This document shows positions 1 to 9,590 of a DNA stretch of 64,000 nt, one piece after another; position 1 is the first letter of the stretch, and each line of letters starts with the position of its first letter. This DNA comes from a bacterium (lineage in GTDB: Bacteria; SAR324; NAC60-12). The notes beneath the pieces were generated by a model. That model did not search any database, was not told the DNA's origin, and worked only from the letters and a program-made list of their open reading frames with translations. Both the position numbers and the translations under genes were made by a program. The stretch covers positions 1,312,001 through 1,376,000 of the forward strand of contig OZ242383.1 in assembly GCA_965209155.1 (NCBI GenBank), read 5' to 3'.

Positions 1-750
1 ATGCCCGATTTTCTAAGCATCTCCCTCTACCAATGGTTTTATCGCTTATTAGAAGAATATTTGACTGTCTTTCCCATCGGACGGATCATGATCTTGGAAA
101 TGGGCTTTCGTTTGGAGTTGGGAAAGAAAAAGGTGAGTATTCGCAAACCGGATCTGGCCGTGATTCTCCATTCCAATCTTGTCGAGGCCAAACCCCTGGA
201 CCGTTCTTTTAGGGGAGTGTGTGACCTCTGTATCGAGTTTTTATCCGACTCGACTCCCGCGGAGGTGGAACGGGATACGGTCCACAAAAAAGAAGAATAC
301 GCCAAAGCAGGGGTGGCGGAATATTATATTTTAGACCGTTTGCGCAAGCACACCGCCTTCTATTTCCTCAATGAGCAAGGGGTTTATGAGAGGATGAAGC
401 ACCAAGAGCCCGGGGTGATTCATTCCCGGGTTTTGGATCGTTTCGCCTTTCGTCTGGAGGATTTAGAAAAACAGGTGGCCTTTGAAACATTAATTGAGGA
501 TCCTCTCTACCAACCGTTTCTCCTGAAAAGCTTCCAACAAGAGCGTCAGCAAAAAGAACAAGAGCGACAACTGAAAGTAAAAGCCTTGGCAAGAGAAGAA
601 AAAGAGCGACAACAAAAAGAAAAAGCCTTGCAAAGAGAAGAACAAGAGCGTCAGCAAAAAGAACAAGAGCGACAACAAAAAGAAAAAGCACTTGCGGAAG
701 TCGAACGGCTGCGTGCTCTCCTCCAAGAGAAAGATGCTGATCCGCGCTAA
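1..750 (+). CDS. Uma2 (PD-(D/E)XK) family endonuclease with C-terminal heptad coiled-coil tail, copy 1 (5' end cut by window edge)
   Basis: Motifs RKPDLAV, DLCIEFLS, ERDTVHKKEEYAKAGVAEYYILD; near-identical to 1148-1903. Confidence 0.85.
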   Translation: MPDFLSISLYQWFYRLLEEYLTVFPIGRIMILEMGFRLELGKKKVSIRKPDLAVILHSNLVEAKPLDRSFRGVCDLCIEFLSDSTPAEVERDTVHKKEEYAKAGVAEYYILDRLRKHTAFYFLNEQGVYERMKHQEPGVIHSRVLDRFAFRLEDLEKQVAFETLIEDPLYQPFLLKSFQQERQQKEQERQLKVKALAREEKERQQKEKALQREEQERQQKEQERQQKEKALAEVERLRALLQEKDADPR

Positions 751-782
751 TATCGGATCTGGTTTTCGTGATTTATTTTCGT

Positions 783-891
783 AGCGCTCTTGCTTCCATG
801 GCTCTCGTTCTTTTTCAAAGAGTGGACTGGCTTCTTGAAGAGCCTAGAGGTGGGGAATCGATGGCTTCTCGGAAGATACCTGAATAGTGAC
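783..891 (-). mobile_element. IS66-derived mini-element, left-end copy (IR GTCACTATTCAGG plus 5' transposase fragment)
   Basis: Reverse complement of 783-860 matches the IS66 transposase 5' coding region near 28420-28500; 879-891 matches the IS66 IR; the same ~80 bp occurs at 6622-6710 and 9746-9830. Confidence 0.75.
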
Positions 892-985
892 AAGTCGATC
901 AACATAGAAATTGCTGTCCTCCACACAATGTGTTATGTTTTTGAAAAGATGACACATTTCACCTCTCCTTCCCATCGAGGGCATC

Positions 986-1906
986 ATGACTACTTTAGAA
1001 TCCGTCAAAAACCACTCCTCTCCAAGACGGGTGCCTCCTTCTGCCAAGGAGCCGCTCAGGGTCAGTGAGGCTGAGTATTGGAAGACGTATTACGAACACC
1101 CGGATCATTCATATGAATGGAACAATGGACTCTTGGAGGAAAAGCCCATGCCCGATTTTCTAAGCATCTCCCTCTACCAATGGTTTTATCGCTTATTAGA
1201 AGAATATTTGACTGTCTTTCCCATCGGACGGATCATGATCTTGGAAATGGGCTTTCGTTTGGAGTTGGGAAAGAAAAAGGTGAGTATTCGCAAACCGGAT
1301 CTGGCCGTGATTCTCCATTCCAATCTTGTCGAGGCCCAACCCCTGGACCGTTCTTTTAGGGGAGTGTGTGACCTCTGTATCGAGTTTTTATCCGACTCGA
1401 CTCCCGCGGAGGTGGAACGGGATACGGTCCACAAAAAAGAAGAATACGCCAAAGCAGGGGTGGCGGAATATTATATTTTAGACCGTTTGCGCAAGCACAC
1501 CGCCTTCTATTTCCTCAATGAGCAAGGGGTTTATGAGAGGATGAAGCACCAAGAGCCCGGGGTGATTCATTCCCGGGTTTTGGATCGTTTCGCCTTTCGT
1601 CTGGAGGATTTAGAAAAACAGGTGGCCTTTGAAACATTAATTGAGGATCCTCTCTACCAACCGTTTCTCCTGAAAAGCTTCCAACAAGAGCGTCAGCAAA
1701 AAGAACAAGAGCGACAACTGAAAGTAAAAGCCTTGGCAAGAGAAGAAAAAGCCTTGGCAAGAGAAGAACAAGAGCGACAACAAAAAGAAAAAGCCTTGCA
1801 AAGAGAAGAACAAGAGCGTCAGCAAAAAGAACAAGAGCGACAACAAAAAGAAAAAGCACTTGCGGAAGTCGAACGGCTGCGTGCTCTCCTCCAAGAGAAA
1901 GATTAA
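986..1906 (+). CDS. Uma2 family endonuclease with coiled-coil tail, copy 2 (complete)
   Basis: 306 aa; YEWNNGLLEEKPMP, PDL, IEFLS and EYYILD motifs; QERQQKE/KALAREE heptads. Confidence 0.88.
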   Translation: MTTLESVKNHSSPRRVPPSAKEPLRVSEAEYWKTYYEHPDHSYEWNNGLLEEKPMPDFLSISLYQWFYRLLEEYLTVFPIGRIMILEMGFRLELGKKKVSIRKPDLAVILHSNLVEAQPLDRSFRGVCDLCIEFLSDSTPAEVERDTVHKKEEYAKAGVAEYYILDRLRKHTAFYFLNEQGVYERMKHQEPGVIHSRVLDRFAFRLEDLEKQVAFETLIEDPLYQPFLLKSFQQERQQKEQERQLKVKALAREEKALAREEQERQQKEKALQREEQERQQKEQERQQKEKALAEVERLRALLQEKD

Positions 1907-1998
1907 GAGCTCCATTTTTTGCAGAACGCTAATGGACCCTTATTTGAACGAAGAACCCGGTTGGAGATTGCTTCCTATCCAGGATTGGTTTCCAATCA

Positions 1999-2030
1999 TG
2001 CCTTTGTGCCTTTGTGCCTCTGTGCCTCTG
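1999..2030. repeat. 8-bp tandem repeat (TGCCTYTG)n
   Basis: tgcctttgtgcctttgtgcctctgtgcctctg; the same motif occurs at ~9999-10033. Confidence 0.8.
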
Positions 2031-2064
2031 TACTTTTGCAACTTTGCGCCTTTTTAAGTGAGCC

Positions 2065-3237
2065 GTGATTTCTCAGGAAAAACCAGCGTATTTCGATTAC
2101 AATGCCACGGCGGTGTTGCTTCCACACATTGCGGAAAAAATGGCTCAAGTGGCCCAAAGTCAATTTGGCAATCCATCCAGCCCTCACCAAAAAGGCAGAG
2201 AAGCGAAAAACTTTCTTGAAGACTCACGCGCTCGTCTGGCGTGCCTGTTGGGAATCGAACCCGACGAATTGTTGTTTACCAGCGGAGGCAGTGAGAGCAA
2301 CAATTCCGTTTTGCGTCAATTTTTTCAGACCAGTGAACCGGTTCATATCATCACGTCGCGCATCGAACATCCCTCCATTTTGGAAACCTGCCGGATACTG
2401 GAACGAATGTCCCATATCGAGGTGAGCTATCTTCCAGTCGATAGCGAAGGACGGGTTGTTTCAGAAACTCTGAAGCCGGCTATCCGTCCGCACACTCGCT
2501 TGATTTCGATCATGGCTGCCAACAATGAAACGGGTGTGATTCAACCTGTCGAGTCCCTGACTGCCATAGCCCGGGAATATCAAATTCCTTTCCACGTGGA
2601 CTGCGTGCAAGGAGTGGGAAAAATTCCAATGGACTGGAGTGAATGGGGAATCCATTATGCGAGCGCCACTGCTCATAAATTTGGCGGACCTCGTGGAATC
2701 GGATTGCTTTACATCAAAAAGGGAACGCCTTTCACCAGCTTGATAGCCGGCGGCAAACAAGAGCGGGAGAGGAGAGCCGGCACGGAAAACGTCGTGCTGG
2801 CATACGGCTTTGCGGAAGCGCTCGACTGGACCCTGAACCATCGAGAGGCAATCAACCGGAGTATGACAAAATTTAAAGATCAAATAATCCGTATTTTTCA
2901 AGCCAACGAGGGGTTTTTTCTCAATGGAGGCCGAGCTCGTTGTTTGCCCAACACGATCAATTTCGGTTGGCATGGTCTCAGTGCGGAAAGCCTCTTGATT
3001 TCTCTGGATTTGGATCAGATTGCAGTTTCGTCGGGATCCGCATGTTCTTCAGGCGCCATTGAAGCCAGCCCGGTTTTGCTCGCTATGGGATTGGACAAGC
3101 AGAAATCAAAGGCTTGCTTGCGAGTGAGTATGGGATGGAACACTCGACAAGAGGAAGTGGATTACTTGATCGAACGCATGCTGTTTCATACCAAACGGTT
3201 GTATGCAAAAAAGCGAATGACGCCTTCCCGTGATTGA
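2065..3237 (+). CDS. iscS: Cysteine desulfurase (IscS/NifS family)
   Basis: YFDYNATA, GNPSS, TSGGSESNN, HKFGGPRG (PLP lysine), SSGSACSSG. Confidence 0.9.
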   Translation: MISQEKPAYFDYNATAVLLPHIAEKMAQVAQSQFGNPSSPHQKGREAKNFLEDSRARLACLLGIEPDELLFTSGGSESNNSVLRQFFQTSEPVHIITSRIEHPSILETCRILERMSHIEVSYLPVDSEGRVVSETLKPAIRPHTRLISIMAANNETGVIQPVESLTAIAREYQIPFHVDCVQGVGKIPMDWSEWGIHYASATAHKFGGPRGIGLLYIKKGTPFTSLIAGGKQERERRAGTENVVLAYGFAEALDWTLNHREAINRSMTKFKDQIIRIFQANEGFFLNGGRARCLPNTINFGWHGLSAESLLISLDLDQIAVSSGSACSSGAIEASPVLLAMGLDKQKSKACLRVSMGWNTRQEEVDYLIERMLFHTKRLYAKKRMTPSRD

Positions 3238-3246
3238 GGCAGGAAA

Positions 3247-4449
3247 TCATTTAATTGGCAGTGGCACATAAGCCTTGACTGCATATAGGGTTTCGATAGC
3301 GCTCAGGCTATAAGATTGCTGAGCGCCTATAAAGAGAACCCGGCCCGCTTCCAGGTCGAATCCGACGTCCTCCCCGTGTAACGATCCTTTTCCCGACAAG
3401 ACCAGAAAAATAGAAGGCGTGTCGGTTTTTCCCTGAAAAATCGCATTGTCTTTGGACAGTTGAATAGTTTGCAACTCAAACTCTTCCGCTGCTGATGGAT
3501 AGCGCCGGATAAAAGGAGTTTCTGCAAAGCCTGTATGTAATTCGGGAGGTAGATGTTGGCAGGAGAGGCGAGTCATCATTTGTGCTACATCTTTGAACTT
3601 GTTGGTTATACCGGCCCGGATCACGTTGTCGGAAGTAGCCATGCACTCCACAACATCCCCACCCAGGTAAGAATGCAACTGGTTGGTCCGTAATGAAATT
3701 GCGCATTGTGGGGCCACTTCAACCTTTTGCATTAAAAAAAGAAACAACAATCCCGGATCGTTTGGATAATGAGGAAACAAGTCAAGGAACAAAGAGTCTG
3801 CTTCGCTGCGATTATTCTTTTGAAGAATATTCTCTTGAAGAGTTTTCAGCAGTGAGTGCGCTTTTGCTTCCGGAAGCATGAGCAAAAGAGGAAGGTCATT
3901 CTCTAAATCAATGGAATGACCGCCGCTGGAGCGACGCAGGCTCGAATTGTTTTCTTGCAATAATTCCGAGAGGCATGGGTATTGCCGCCAGATTTTGAGA
4001 AGAGTGGTTTTGTTTTCAAAACCGTATAAAATTTTAAATCCGGAAAGAGCCAGGGTCATTTCCGGTTTATGATTAGCATCCGGATAAAGAACCGGATCTT
4101 TGCTATGAAGAGACTCGGCCCATTCTTTGTCGGGGTGCAATTGAACGGAAAGTGGGTGAGCAATAGAAAGCACTTTGAATAGAAAAGGCAGGACGCCCCA
4201 CCGTCGTTTGGTATATTCACCCAACAGTGCCGGATTGGAATGCAATACCTCGGAAAGCAGGATGCCGTTTCCAATTTTGACGCGGGAAGGACCTTTGGGG
4301 TGCACTCCCATCCACAATTCGGCATAAGGTTTTAGCGGATCAATGGCCTGTTCCCTCAACAAGCGGGCAACGAGGGAAGATTTCCCTTTTTTCCCCCAGT
4401 CATAGTGCATCGCATGGCACTCCAATTCATAAATATCAGAGTTTTTCAT
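3247..4449 (-). CDS. manA: Mannose-6-phosphate isomerase, class I
   Basis: YAELWMGVHP, LPFLFKVLS, LSVQLHP, YPDANHKPE, ECMATSDNVIRAG. Confidence 0.93.
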   Translation of the reverse strand: MKNSDIYELECHAMHYDWGKKGKSSLVARLLREQAIDPLKPYAELWMGVHPKGPSRVKIGNGILLSEVLHSNPALLGEYTKRRWGVLPFLFKVLSIAHPLSVQLHPDKEWAESLHSKDPVLYPDANHKPEMTLALSGFKILYGFENKTTLLKIWRQYPCLSELLQENNSSLRRSSGGHSIDLENDLPLLLMLPEAKAHSLLKTLQENILQKNNRSEADSLFLDLFPHYPNDPGLLFLFLMQKVEVAPQCAISLRTNQLHSYLGGDVVECMATSDNVIRAGITNKFKDVAQMMTRLSCQHLPPELHTGFAETPFIRRYPSAAEEFELQTIQLSKDNAIFQGKTDTPSIFLVLSGKGSLHGEDVGFDLEAGRVLFIGAQQSYSLSAIETLYAVKAYVPLPIK

Positions 4450-4523
4450 GAGATTCGTATGTGGGGAGACAGTCGAGGATTGAGCTGGAGAACTATGGAT
4501 TTTAAATGAAGTTTTTCAGTTCG

Positions 4524-5459
4524 TCACCGAGTTCCCATACCCCAGAGCACGTTCGTCCCTTCTCCCATCACGGTGGTGGGCATTTTTCCGTCCCAGTTTA
4601 ACGCCCGGGTATATTCCACCAGGGTGAGATTGTTGGCAATGGCGTCGGCTTTCTTCTGAATTGCCTCGGCTTCCGCGGCCCCTCTTAATTTAATAGCCGT
4701 CGCTTCTGCTTCAGCAATCGTATTGATCTCATAGGCCATGCCGTCAGCTCTCGCTTTCTGAGCATCTCGTTCCGCATTGGCAGTATTGACAGCCTGTTGA
4801 GCCGTGTGCTGTTGTTTGGTCAGGCGGTGTTCTTCGGCTTTGGCTAATTCCTTTTCCCGCTGTTTCTCTTCAATGGCCTGCAAATAATTTTCTGGCAGTT
4901 TTAAATCTTCCAATTGCACCGAATCCAACTCGACTGGAAATCCTTGCATGGTTTTATTCAGTGACGATTGGATGTCGCCGATGATCACTTCACGTTGCTG
5001 GATGATTTTGTCGGCAGGGTGTTTGGCGATCGCTTCTTTCGTTGCAGAGCGTAAACGTGGGTCGAGAATACGGCTCTCGAATTGAGACAGCCCGCCATAG
5101 CCGACATACAAGTCCAGGGATTGTTCTTTGATCACCGTCCAGTTGATCGAGACTTTGGCCGTAATGGGCATTGTTTCGGAGGTGGAAGCAGATAAAATCT
5201 CTTCATTTTTTCGAGGGCGAATCTCAATTTCTTCCACGGTTTCCATATAAGGCATCTTGAAGTTCAAACCGGGATCAACGGCTGAGACGGCCTTTCCCCA
5301 ACGTTTGACGATGCCCACATGGCCTTCTTCGATGGTATAAATACCCAGGATGATGGTGTAAACAACGAAAAGCGCCACTACGGCGAGAATACTCCACTTG
5401 GCAAAATAACCAGTTGATCTTCGGGGACTGCTGGTGGTTTCAAATTTTGGTTGTTCCAT
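4524..5459 (-). CDS. SPFH/prohibitin (band 7) family membrane protein
   Basis: N-terminal TM helix, EGHVGIVKRWG, PGLNFKMP, AIEEKQ coiled coil, WDGKMP C-terminus. Confidence 0.88.
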   Translation of the reverse strand: MEQPKFETTSSPRRSTGYFAKWSILAVVALFVVYTIILGIYTIEEGHVGIVKRWGKAVSAVDPGLNFKMPYMETVEEIEIRPRKNEEILSASTSETMPITAKVSINWTVIKEQSLDLYVGYGGLSQFESRILDPRLRSATKEAIAKHPADKIIQQREVIIGDIQSSLNKTMQGFPVELDSVQLEDLKLPENYLQAIEEKQREKELAKAEEHRLTKQQHTAQQAVNTANAERDAQKARADGMAYEINTIAEAEATAIKLRGAAEAEAIQKKADAIANNLTLVEYTRALNWDGKMPTTVMGEGTNVLWGMGTR

Positions 5460-5488
5460 GACACTCTCCTCGTCAAATCCATTTTATT

Positions 5489-5698
5489 TTAATTGTTGGT
5501 ATGAACCCGAATGACAATGTATCCACAGTAGCGGTATTTGTCAACAGATCGAAGGTGGAGACTGAAGACTCGGTGTTCCCTCTCGTAACAGCCTGCTCTG
5601 CTTCCCAGGGTGAAGCAGTCTTTAGACATTTGATTGAGTTCGGCAGCCATCTTGGCCACCAAGGCGGGGTTGCGGTAAGGGTTTTTCGAGCACTTCAT
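5489..5698 (-). pseudogene. Degraded fragment of an LLM-class flavin/F420 oxidoreductase
   Basis: NPYRNPALVAKMAAELNQMS...FTLG..AG.YEREH aligns with NTYRNPALMAKMAATLDHIS...LVLGIGAAWNIREH of 43758-44669. Confidence 0.65.
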
Positions 5699-5700
5699 CT

Positions 5701-6351
5701 CTAATACATATGCGGTTGCAACGCTGTCGCCAATGTCAGCTCTATGTCCTGGATGGCCTGCTTCATTGCCTGTCCGATCAAATCCAACCGTCGTACTTGC
5801 TCGATTCGTGGTTCAACACGCGCGAGTTCGTCCGCGGTGAATATCCCCCTGAAAATAGAGCAAGCATCGGATAGACAGATGATCACGATGTCCCGCGGAT
5901 CCGGTATCTCATTGCTGAACAACACCTCCATGATTCGGAGTTTCACCTCCCGCTGTACTTGTCCGTCAATCGTCGGATACCGGCGGGACTTGAAAACCCA
6001 CATGAACCGGTCATCCACGCGTTCCAATATCCCGTGCTCAACCAACCTCTTCAAAGACTCTTCCCGTAACTCCTCTCCCCTCAAAGCGATCCGTTCCACC
6101 CAGTAACGAGCATCGTGTCCATCATTCTCAGCAATTTCCGCCAAAGCAGGATCCAGCAAACTGTCGCCAGTAGGAGTCGCGTCGATAAGTACCAATTTCT
6201 CCAAATCGGTGTCGATCCGGCATTCCAACGCTAAATCCATCAGCACTGCACCAGCCATAGCGTAGTCGAATGAAAAGTTCGACACGCGCGCAAACCGTCC
6301 ATCTTCGTCGTTCAACAGCAGGAGAATGATTTCTTCGGCGAATCGCAACAT
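5701..6351 (-). CDS. GPP34 (GOLPH3/Vps74-like) family protein
   Basis: FAEEIILLLL, AGAVLMDLAL..RID, TPTGDSLLD, SRRYP. Confidence 0.85.
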   Translation of the reverse strand: MLRFAEEIILLLLNDEDGRFARVSNFSFDYAMAGAVLMDLALECRIDTDLEKLVLIDATPTGDSLLDPALAEIAENDGHDARYWVERIALRGEELREESLKRLVEHGILERVDDRFMWVFKSRRYPTIDGQVQREVKLRIMEVLFSNEIPDPRDIVIICLSDACSIFRGIFTADELARVEPRIEQVRRLDLIGQAMKQAIQDIELTLATALQPHMY

Positions 6352-6528
6352 TTCGGTACCCCTCTGATTGGGTTAGTTCCGGATGTCGAACCGTATTGCC
6401 CGGTAATCTGCGAAGGAATACATTACCTTGACTCCACCTTCACGGTTCACGACATCCACATTGTAAAAAAATTTACTCATGAGGATAGCATTTGCAAACA
6501 GGTGTGTAAAGATGATTTCAATCCATAG

Positions 6529-6710
6529 GTAACTATTCAGGTCTCTGAAAAACCCGTTCAGTTAAATATCATTAAAAAAGATTCCTGGAGAGGAGCGATC
6601 GTTTTCAAGTCCTCCCACGATTCAGAGTGCTAAGCGCTCTTGCTTCCATGGCTCTCGTTCTTTTTCAAAGTGTTGACTGGCTTCTTGAAGAGCCTCGAGG
6701 TGGGGAATCG
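6529..6710 (-). mobile_element. IS66-derived mini-element, right-end copy (transposase fragment, repeat core, IR CTGAATAGTTAC)
   Basis: GTAACTATTCAG at 6529; 6541-6620 is the reverse complement of the core of the 237-bp repeat; 6622-6710 is the IS66 transposase fragment. Confidence 0.75.
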
Positions 6711-6776
6711 CGGGGTGCCGAGTCTTTAATCCCCAGCACCCGCTTCTCTATGAACATCATCCTGAGGAATGAATCC

Positions 6777-8576
6777 TTAGTGCCCCATTTCTTTCTTCAG
6801 GTCCTGGTCAATCCAAAGGCGGGGGAAGATGACAGCACGGTCGCCCCATCCCAGGTCGATTTCGCCATTATACCCTTTGACCCACGGCTGGTTCACGTTA
6901 AACTGTGGGGGTTTCGGACTCCATATACGCAAGTGGTTCGCGACGTGGAACAGATCGACCACTCTCACCACCCGCTGCTGCTCCTCAATGGAGGTAGCGG
7001 CTTGAGCGGCTTCCACCAGGGCGTCATAAACCGGGTCCTGGTGTCCGGTGTTGCTCGTTTTCCCTATCGAACTCGAATGGTCCCAGGTGATCGTATCCAT
7101 AGGTGGATTATCATAGGCAGAGATTGTATGCAGCAACCCTCCATAAGTGTGGCCAAACATAGCAGGCATATAAGCCGGTCGGTCCAATACCCTGATCTCT
7201 ACATCAATACCAATCTTACCCCAGTAGTCGGCAGCTATTTCGACATAGTTTAAATCCCAGAGATCCAAGCTGCTCAAGACGGTCTTGAATCGAATGCCGT
7301 CCGCGCCACGGGTGAGACCAGCCGCGTCCAGTAACGCCTCGGCCCCTGCCGGGTCATACCGGTAGCCTTGCTTGACCGCTTCGGGCCACTGGTCAAAGGG
7401 GATGATATACCCGACGAGCGCATCCCCTAAAAGCGAGCGTGGTGTTATGTTGGCATAACCCTTATAGTAGGTCTGGTTGATGGTCTCGAGATCCAAGGCC
7501 ATCTGCATGGCCTTGCGCACGTTGACATCTTTAAAGAGAGGCTCCGTCTGGTTAAAAGAAAAAGCCGTTTCCGCCCGATACGCCCATGGGGTCATCATGA
7601 GTTCGGGGTTGGTCCTCCGGAGGCTCTCTGCCTGGTCGATAGACTGTAATTGAGCGCCGCCACCGCCGGGCAGACCTAGGAAATCAATCTTAGCCGAGCG
7701 TATCGCCGCCAGAATGGTTGCGTCTTCTGTCATCATCAGGCCTGTTAACTGGTCAATATAGGGCAAGCGGTTCTGTGGGTATTTTTCATCAAAACCCCAG
7801 TAGTCAGGATTCTTGGTAAAAGTCATAGAGAGACCCTCGACGTAGTCGGTCAGCATATAGGGCCCGGTGCCGACCACGTTCCTCCAATCCCTAACGTCGC
7901 CGTGTTGCTCGATGACCTCAGGCGGGTATACCCAAGCAGCGTGGTGGATGAGGAGATTCCTCAGCGTACCGAGTTGTGGCTCCTTGAGCTTAAAAACAAC
8001 CGTCCTATCATCGGTAGCCGTTATCGATTCGATTGGCAAAGCGGTGAGTTGACCTTGATTCGGGGAAGGTTCGGTGAACTTGCCCAGACCCAACATGCGG
8101 TGCCAGTTATATTCGACATCCTTGGCCGTGAGGGCCCGACCGTTCATCGGTGGCTTATCATGCCAGTGAACGCCCTTGCGGATGTGAAAGATCAAGGTTT
8201 TCGGATCAGGTTGTTCCCAGCTTTCAGCCAGCGACCCTTTTAAGGCAGAGAGAGGCACGTACCCCTTTTTGAGGTCAAATTCGTCCCGATCGATTCCCCA
8301 GTTCGCGATGCCGAGCTTCTCCGTAACGCCGCTCTGGGTGGAACCAGAGAAGCCGCCGAACCAGCTGTCAATATACACAGTCGTCAGCTTATTGGCATAG
8401 GTCAATGTCCCCCCATACTCGGGTGCTGTCACCATCTCGCCAGTGGACGGGTCTTTGACCATCTCTTGGGCGATAGCGGAATTGAAGATGAAGACTGCAG
8501 CCACAATGAGGGCCAGCAGGGTTGCACTGAAGGTTGATTTGCGGTTTAGATTAAACATTGCGATTTTCGATTTCAT
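6777..8576 (-). CDS. ABC transporter family-5 (Dpp/Opp) substrate-binding protein, SBP1; alternative in-frame start at 8642
   Basis: PEYGGTL, LAESWEQPD, IRKGVHWHDKPP, VVGTGPY, NPDYWG, LPYID, LWIDQ; Sec signal peptide. Confidence 0.9.
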   Translation of the reverse strand: MKSKIAMFNLNRKSTFSATLLALIVAAVFIFNSAIAQEMVKDPSTGEMVTAPEYGGTLTYANKLTTVYIDSWFGGFSGSTQSGVTEKLGIANWGIDRDEFDLKKGYVPLSALKGSLAESWEQPDPKTLIFHIRKGVHWHDKPPMNGRALTAKDVEYNWHRMLGLGKFTEPSPNQGQLTALPIESITATDDRTVVFKLKEPQLGTLRNLLIHHAAWVYPPEVIEQHGDVRDWRNVVGTGPYMLTDYVEGLSMTFTKNPDYWGFDEKYPQNRLPYIDQLTGLMMTEDATILAAIRSAKIDFLGLPGGGGAQLQSIDQAESLRRTNPELMMTPWAYRAETAFSFNQTEPLFKDVNVRKAMQMALDLETINQTYYKGYANITPRSLLGDALVGYIIPFDQWPEAVKQGYRYDPAGAEALLDAAGLTRGADGIRFKTVLSSLDLWDLNYVEIAADYWGKIGIDVEIRVLDRPAYMPAMFGHTYGGLLHTISAYDNPPMDTITWDHSSSIGKTSNTGHQDPVYDALVEAAQAATSIEEQQRVVRVVDLFHVANHLRIWSPKPPQFNVNQPWVKGYNGEIDLGWGDRAVIFPRLWIDQDLKKEMGH

Positions 8577-8762
8577 CAGATTCTCCTTAAAATATAATGA
8601 ATGAATAAATGGCATTAACAAAATAGCGATTTTCGATTTCATCAGATTCTCCTTAAAAAAATAAATGACAAAATGACGCTCTCACGCGCCCATCAGCTGT
8701 TTCAAAACGGGTTTTATTCCATAGGCATTTCCTCCTTTCATCGGGTTTTCCGTAATAAAAAA

Positions 8763-8943
8763 GTTAACTATTCAGGTCTCTGAAAAATCCGTTCAGTCTA
8801 ATAACGTTGAAAAAAATTTCCGGGAATATTTTCAATTCCTTCCACGATATGGTTCCATCGATCGGGGACCCTCTTTTTCACTAAAACAACTTAGTCAAGG
8901 TATGATTCTAGCAATATATATATTATTTGAATAATGTCAACCC
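8763..8943 (-). repeat. Copy of the promoter-bearing repeat ending in an IS66-type IR, upstream of SBP1
   Basis: Reverse complement aligns with 30430-30590 and 32155-32335 (taagttgttttag..gaggg.cccgatcgatggaac...tttttcagagacctgaatagtt). Confidence 0.75.
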
Positions 8944-9037
8944 TTTCTTTTTTTTCCTTGCTCCCCATTTTCTTTATTTGTACATTATCCTGTACGGCTA
9001 ATTTTTCTAAAATAATTAATTATTCCAAAAGGAAACT

Positions 9038-9304
9038 ATGGAAGCTTTAAGTATTTCTGAGGGACGCAAACGCTTGTTTGAATTAAGGAAGCAAATTGTA
9101 TCTGATCATGATCAAATCATCCTCACGCATAAAGGAGGGAATGTGGTCTTGATTTCAATGGATGAATGGGAAACTTACCAAGAAACTCAACGCCTTCTCA
9201 GAGATAAAGAAGCTCTGAAAGCGCTTATCCAATCCTTCGATGACTATGACTCCAGAAAACAACGAGGTAAATCTGTAAATGAGGTTTTTTCGGATTTAAC
9301 ATGA
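9038..9304 (+). CDS. yefM: Type II antitoxin, Phd/YefM family
   Basis: SISEGRKRLFEL, VVLISMDEWE..QET; overlaps the yoeB start. Confidence 0.88.
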   Translation: MEALSISEGRKRLFELRKQIVSDHDQIILTHKGGNVVLISMDEWETYQETQRLLRDKEALKALIQSFDDYDSRKQRGKSVNEVFSDLT

Positions 9305-9579
9305 ATTGGAAAATATTCATTCTTCAAAAAGCTGAAAAGGATTTAAAATGGTTTCGGCAGCATAATCGATCCTATTACGTTAAGTGTTTTGATTTAATTC
9401 GAGAGATTACGATGGATCCTCGCAGTGGAACAGGAAAGCCAGAGAGGTTAAAGTACTTTGACCGGGAAGTTTGGTCTCGTCGAGTTTCACATGAACATCG
9501 ACTTGTCTATGTCATTTATGCAATTGAAGAATTAGTTGAGATTGTTTCCTGCAAATCTCATTATGAAGAAAGCCCTTGA
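9301..9579 (+). CDS. yoeB: Type II toxin, Txe/YoeB family
   Basis: GTGKPERLK, WSRRVSHEHRLVY, CKSHY. Confidence 0.92.
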   Translation: MNWKIFILQKAEKDLKWFRQHNRSYYVKCFDLIREITMDPRSGTGKPERLKYFDREVWSRRVSHEHRLVYVIYAIEELVEIVSCKSHYEESP

Positions 9580-9590
9580 TCAATTTTCCA

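Noticed and set aside
1..1906. Possible DGR template/variable repeat pair
   Set aside because: The whole gene is duplicated with very few substitutions, and there is no reverse transcriptase in the window.
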